A DNA stretch of 64,000 bases from Polyangiales bacterium (GTDB taxonomy: Bacteria; Myxococcota_A; Polyangia; Polyangiales; Polyangiaceae). The notes under the pieces were generated by a model that ran no database searches, was not told the DNA's origin, and saw only the letters and a list, made by a program, of their open reading frames with translations. The stretch lies in NCBI GenBank assembly GCA_038230375.1, contig JBBRNJ010000023.1:32001-96000 (forward strand), in the 5' to 3' direction. Position numbers and translations under genes: made by a program. Positions 60,688 to 64,000 of the stretch are shown one piece after another; position 1 is the stretch's first letter, and each line of letters opens with the position of its first letter.

Positions 60688-63198
60688 ATGCACGAGAGCC
60701 TGCTCATGCGGTACGCGCCTTCCGATGCGCGCTATGACGAGATGCTGGACGAGATCCAGATCCCGCGGCCGCACTGGCGCGTGTTCCTCACGCAGCTCCA
60801 GTCAATGTCGAAGCGCGCGATGCAGGAGCGAAGCCGCTTCGTCCACGACTCCATCGCGTCGGACGGCGTCACCTACAACGTCTACGCGGACCCGAAAGGA
60901 AAGAGCCGCGCGTGGGAGCTCGACCTGGTCCCGCTCATCTTGCCGGAGCACGAGTTCCGCGAGATCCGGCTCGCCGTGGAGCAGCGCGCGCGCCTCCTGA
61001 ACGCGGTGCTCGGCGATCTCTACGGGGAGCGCACGTTGCTCGCGCGTGGGCTCATCCCGCCGGCGCTCGTGTTTGGTCAGCGCGCGTATCTCTGGCCTGC
61101 GCAGGGTGCGACGCCCTCGGGTGTGCACCTCCACTCGTACGCGGTAGACCTGGCGCGCTCGCCCGACGGGCGCTTCTGGGTGCTCGCGGATCGAACGCGC
61201 GGTCCGTCGGGCGCAGGCTACGCGCTGCAGAATCGAAGCACTCTGTGGCGTGCGTTCCCCGACGCATTCCAGAAGCTGCCTGTGGAGCCGCTCGAGCCGT
61301 TCTTCGATGCGATCGAGGAGGGCATGTACCGGCTCGCGCCTTCGAAGGGAGAGACGCCGCTCGTGGTGTTGCTCACGCCAGGTCCGTACAACGAGACCTA
61401 TTTCGAGCACGTAATCCTCGCGCGCACGCTCGGCTTCCCGCTGGTCGAAGGGCAAGACCTGCTGGTGCGCGGTGACTTCTGTTACCTGAAGACGCTGCGC
61501 GGCCTGCGTCGCGTCCACGGAATCCTGCGGCGCCTGGATGATGACTTTTGCGACCCTCTGGAGCTCCGCGCGGACTCCGCGCTCGGCGTTCCCGGTCTGC
61601 TTTCGGCGGTGCGCGCTGGCAACGTCTTTGTGGGCAACGGGATCGGAAGCGGTGTGCTCGAGACAAGCGCTCTTGCAGGCTTCTATCCGGCGCTCTGCGA
61701 GCGGCTCCTGGGTGAGCGCCTGCGCATGCCGCAGATCGCCACGTGGTGGTGCGGCGAGGAGCCAGCCATGGCTTACGTGCTCTCGCACCTGGGCGAGCTC
61801 GTGATCAAGCCCACGTATCCGACCATCCGCATGGAGCCGATCTTCGGCCACACGCTGGACGCCGCGGGTCGCGCGGATCTCGTCACGCGCATCCGCGCTC
61901 AGCCTCACGCGTACGTCGCGCAGGAGTGGGTCCGTTTGTCGCACGCGCCGGTGTGGGCCAAGGAGGCGCAGAGCCTCTTGCCGCGCGCGACCACCCTCCG
62001 CGTCTTCGCGGTCGCCACGTCGGACGGATGGATGGTGATGCCCGGCGCGCTCACACGCGTGTCCCCGCACGAGGGCGACGTGGTGTCCATGCAGTGGGGC
62101 GGCTCGAGCAAGGACACGTGGGTGCTCGGCGACAAGACCACGTCGCGCGCGCCGCTCGCCGGGCCCAAGCTGCGCGCGGAGGACGTGCGTACCCGCGGCG
62201 TGGATGTGCCCTCGCGCGTGGGCGAGAATCTCTTCTGGTCCGGGCGCTACGCGGAGCGATGCGAAGGCAGCGCGCGCCTTCTCCGTGCAGGGCTCGCGCG
62301 ATTGATGGAGACGGGCTCACGCGCGGAGCTCGCGTCGATCATGGAGGCGTGCAAACGGCTCGGCGTATTGCCCACGCCGAAGAACGGCAAGGCCACAGCC
62401 AAGACAGCCGACAAGTCTTCGGGCAAGCACGCGATCGCAGACACCGACGCCGCGCGTGCGACCATGTTCGTGCGCGCCGTCACGGATCCGGCCGTGCCGG
62501 GTGGTCTCGCAGCGAACCTGGGGCGGCTGCACAGCTGCGCGAGCCAGGTGCGTGAGCGCATGTCCACGGACAACTGGCACCTCCTCTCGGAGCTGCCCGC
62601 GAAGGTGCCCAGGAAGGATGCGTCCCTCGGCGTGGCGTCCAAGGCGCTCGACGAGATCATGATGGCGTGCGTCTCGCTCGCCGGCTTTGCGATGGACGAC
62701 ATGACCCGCGACGAGAGCTGGCAATTCCTCCGAATGGGACGACGTATCGAGCGCCTCACCATGCTGGCAGCCGTATCGTCACACGCACTGTCGGAGCCGG
62801 GCGCGTCGCTGGAGTGGCTGCTCGAGGCGGCGAACAGCATCGTCACGTTCCGCGCCCGTTATCGTCGGCTGCCGGAGCTCTTGCCGGTGACGCACCTCTG
62901 CGTGATGGACACCACGAATCCGCACGCCGTGCTCTTCCAGGTGCGCGAGATCGAGGACACGTTGCGTGAGCTCTCTGCGCCGGTCGAAGCCTTCGCGGAG
63001 CTCTCGCGCGCCTCCGCTTCCCTCGCCGCGTTTCCGCTGGATTCGCTCGCGGAAGAGGGGGACACGCTCGCCGCTGCGTGCAAGGAGCTGGGGGTGTTGC
63101 TTGCCCAGACCGAGCGCGCCGGCTACGCGCTGTCCGACGAGCTCTCGCGCCGCTTCTTCTCGCACGCGGGCTCGCCACTTGGAGCAGCTGCGCCATGA
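60688..63198 (+). CDS. Circularly permuted type 2 ATP-grasp fused to an alpha-E domain
   Basis: YDEM, PSGAGYAL.NR, LTPGPYNETYFEH, DPLELR.DS.LG, GG.SKDTW; LFW.GRYAER, W.FL..GRRIER. Confidence 0.93.
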   Translation: MHESLLMRYAPSDARYDEMLDEIQIPRPHWRVFLTQLQSMSKRAMQERSRFVHDSIASDGVTYNVYADPKGKSRAWELDLVPLILPEHEFREIRLAVEQRARLLNAVLGDLYGERTLLARGLIPPALVFGQRAYLWPAQGATPSGVHLHSYAVDLARSPDGRFWVLADRTRGPSGAGYALQNRSTLWRAFPDAFQKLPVEPLEPFFDAIEEGMYRLAPSKGETPLVVLLTPGPYNETYFEHVILARTLGFPLVEGQDLLVRGDFCYLKTLRGLRRVHGILRRLDDDFCDPLELRADSALGVPGLLSAVRAGNVFVGNGIGSGVLETSALAGFYPALCERLLGERLRMPQIATWWCGEEPAMAYVLSHLGELVIKPTYPTIRMEPIFGHTLDAAGRADLVTRIRAQPHAYVAQEWVRLSHAPVWAKEAQSLLPRATTLRVFAVATSDGWMVMPGALTRVSPHEGDVVSMQWGGSSKDTWVLGDKTTSRAPLAGPKLRAEDVRTRGVDVPSRVGENLFWSGRYAERCEGSARLLRAGLARLMETGSRAELASIMEACKRLGVLPTPKNGKATAKTADKSSGKHAIADTDAARATMFVRAVTDPAVPGGLAANLGRLHSCASQVRERMSTDNWHLLSELPAKVPRKDASLGVASKALDEIMMACVSLAGFAMDDMTRDESWQFLRMGRRIERLTMLAAVSSHALSEPGASLEWLLEAANSIVTFRARYRRLPELLPVTHLCVMDTTNPHAVLFQVREIEDTLRELSAPVEAFAELSRASASLAAFPLDSLAEEGDTLAAACKELGVLLAQTERAGYALSDELSRRFFSHAGSPLGAAAP

Positions 63199-64000
63199 CC
63201 GCCCGTTACACGGTCCTCCACGAGACCCGCTACACGTACGAGGCGCCCGTCGGCATCTCGCGCCAGGTGCTTCACCTCACGCCGCGCGGCACCTCGTACC
63301 AGACGTTGCACGCACACCAGATCCGCGTGGCCCCCGTGCCTGACATCTCGCGCGACATGGTCGACCCGTTCGGCAATGCCGTTCGTTCCTTCTGCGTCGA
63401 GCGTGACCACGACAGCCTGGAGGTGGTCTGCGAGTCGCACGTGGAGGTACGCGCTCGCGCATATCCAGAGCTCACCGCCTCACCGCCCTGGGAGGCCGTG
63501 CGCAACGGTCTGTCGTACAAGGCTGGTCGCACGCTCTCGCCCGACGAGCTCACCGCGACGGAGTTTCTGTTCGAGTCCACGCGCGTGCGCAACAAGCGTG
63601 AACTACAGGCATGGGCGGCCACCTGCTTCCCAAGCGGCGCACCGCTGCTCGTTGGCGTGAGCGGTCTCATGCATCGCATCCACGACGAGCTCACGTTCGA
63701 TCCGAAGGCCACGACGGTGAGCACACCCGTCATGGATGTCTGGCAAAACCGCCGTGGCGTCTGTCAGGACTTCGCACATCTCTTTCTATCGTGCCTTCGC
63801 TCGCTCGGTCTGTCGGCGCGCTACGTCAGCGGTTACCTGCTCACGCGCCCGCCGCCGGGAAAGAAGCGGCTCATCGGCGCCGACGCTTCGCACGCATGGG
63901 TCTCCATCCACTGCCCCGGCTACGGCTGGGTCGACGTGGACCCCACGAACGCGACGCTCGTCGGCGAAGAGCACGTCACGCTCGGATGGGGGCGTGACTA
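63195..64000 (+). CDS. Transglutaminase-family protein; 3' truncated by window
   Basis: ATGA overlap; MTARYTVLHETRYTY, D.FGN, GVCQDFAH, RYVSGYL, ASHAW, DPTN. Confidence 0.92.
   Translation, partial: MTARYTVLHETRYTYEAPVGISRQVLHLTPRGTSYQTLHAHQIRVAPVPDISRDMVDPFGNAVRSFCVERDHDSLEVVCESHVEVRARAYPELTASPPWEAVRNGLSYKAGRTLSPDELTATEFLFESTRVRNKRELQAWAATCFPSGAPLLVGVSGLMHRIHDELTFDPKATTVSTPVMDVWQNRRGVCQDFAHLFLSCLRSLGLSARYVSGYLLTRPPPGKKRLIGADASHAWVSIHCPGYGWVDVDPTNATLVGEEHVTLGWGRD

Noticed and set aside
1..64000. tRNA, rRNA, IS elements, integrases
   Set aside because: None recognised; intergenic gaps are short and no transposase motifs or terminal inverted repeats were seen.

Overview
GC-rich chromosomal window from a free-living myxobacterium, probably Polyangiales-like (inferred from MYXO-CTERM proteins, PEGA/Ser-Thr kinase genes, Cys-rich lipoproteins and an ElbD-like enzyme). 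It holds about 49 tightly packed CDSs. I saw no rRNA, tRNA, CRISPR array or transposase. Highlights: (1) a NOX5-like EF-hand NADPH oxidase translationally coupled to a pentaheme c-type cytochrome lipoprotein, with Phe at the position of the conserved O2-site His; (2) a kinase-like lipoprotein gene divergent from an NTT/Npt1-family nucleotide translocase (one-base frameshift) that is coupled to an Omp85-like barrel, suggesting an ATP-fed extracytoplasmic phosphorylation module; (3) a maleylacetate reductase-homogentisate dioxygenase fusion; (4) an ElbD-like ether-lipid megaenzyme with a C-terminal SCP2 domain; (5) a GST-ABM fusion; (6) a transglutaminase / circularly permuted ATP-grasp / alpha-E operon; (7) recurrent TCGA-cored hexamer repeats and many apparently leaderless sigma70- and sigma54-type promoters. 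All assignments come from recognising motifs by eye, with no database searches, and start codons are best estimates.
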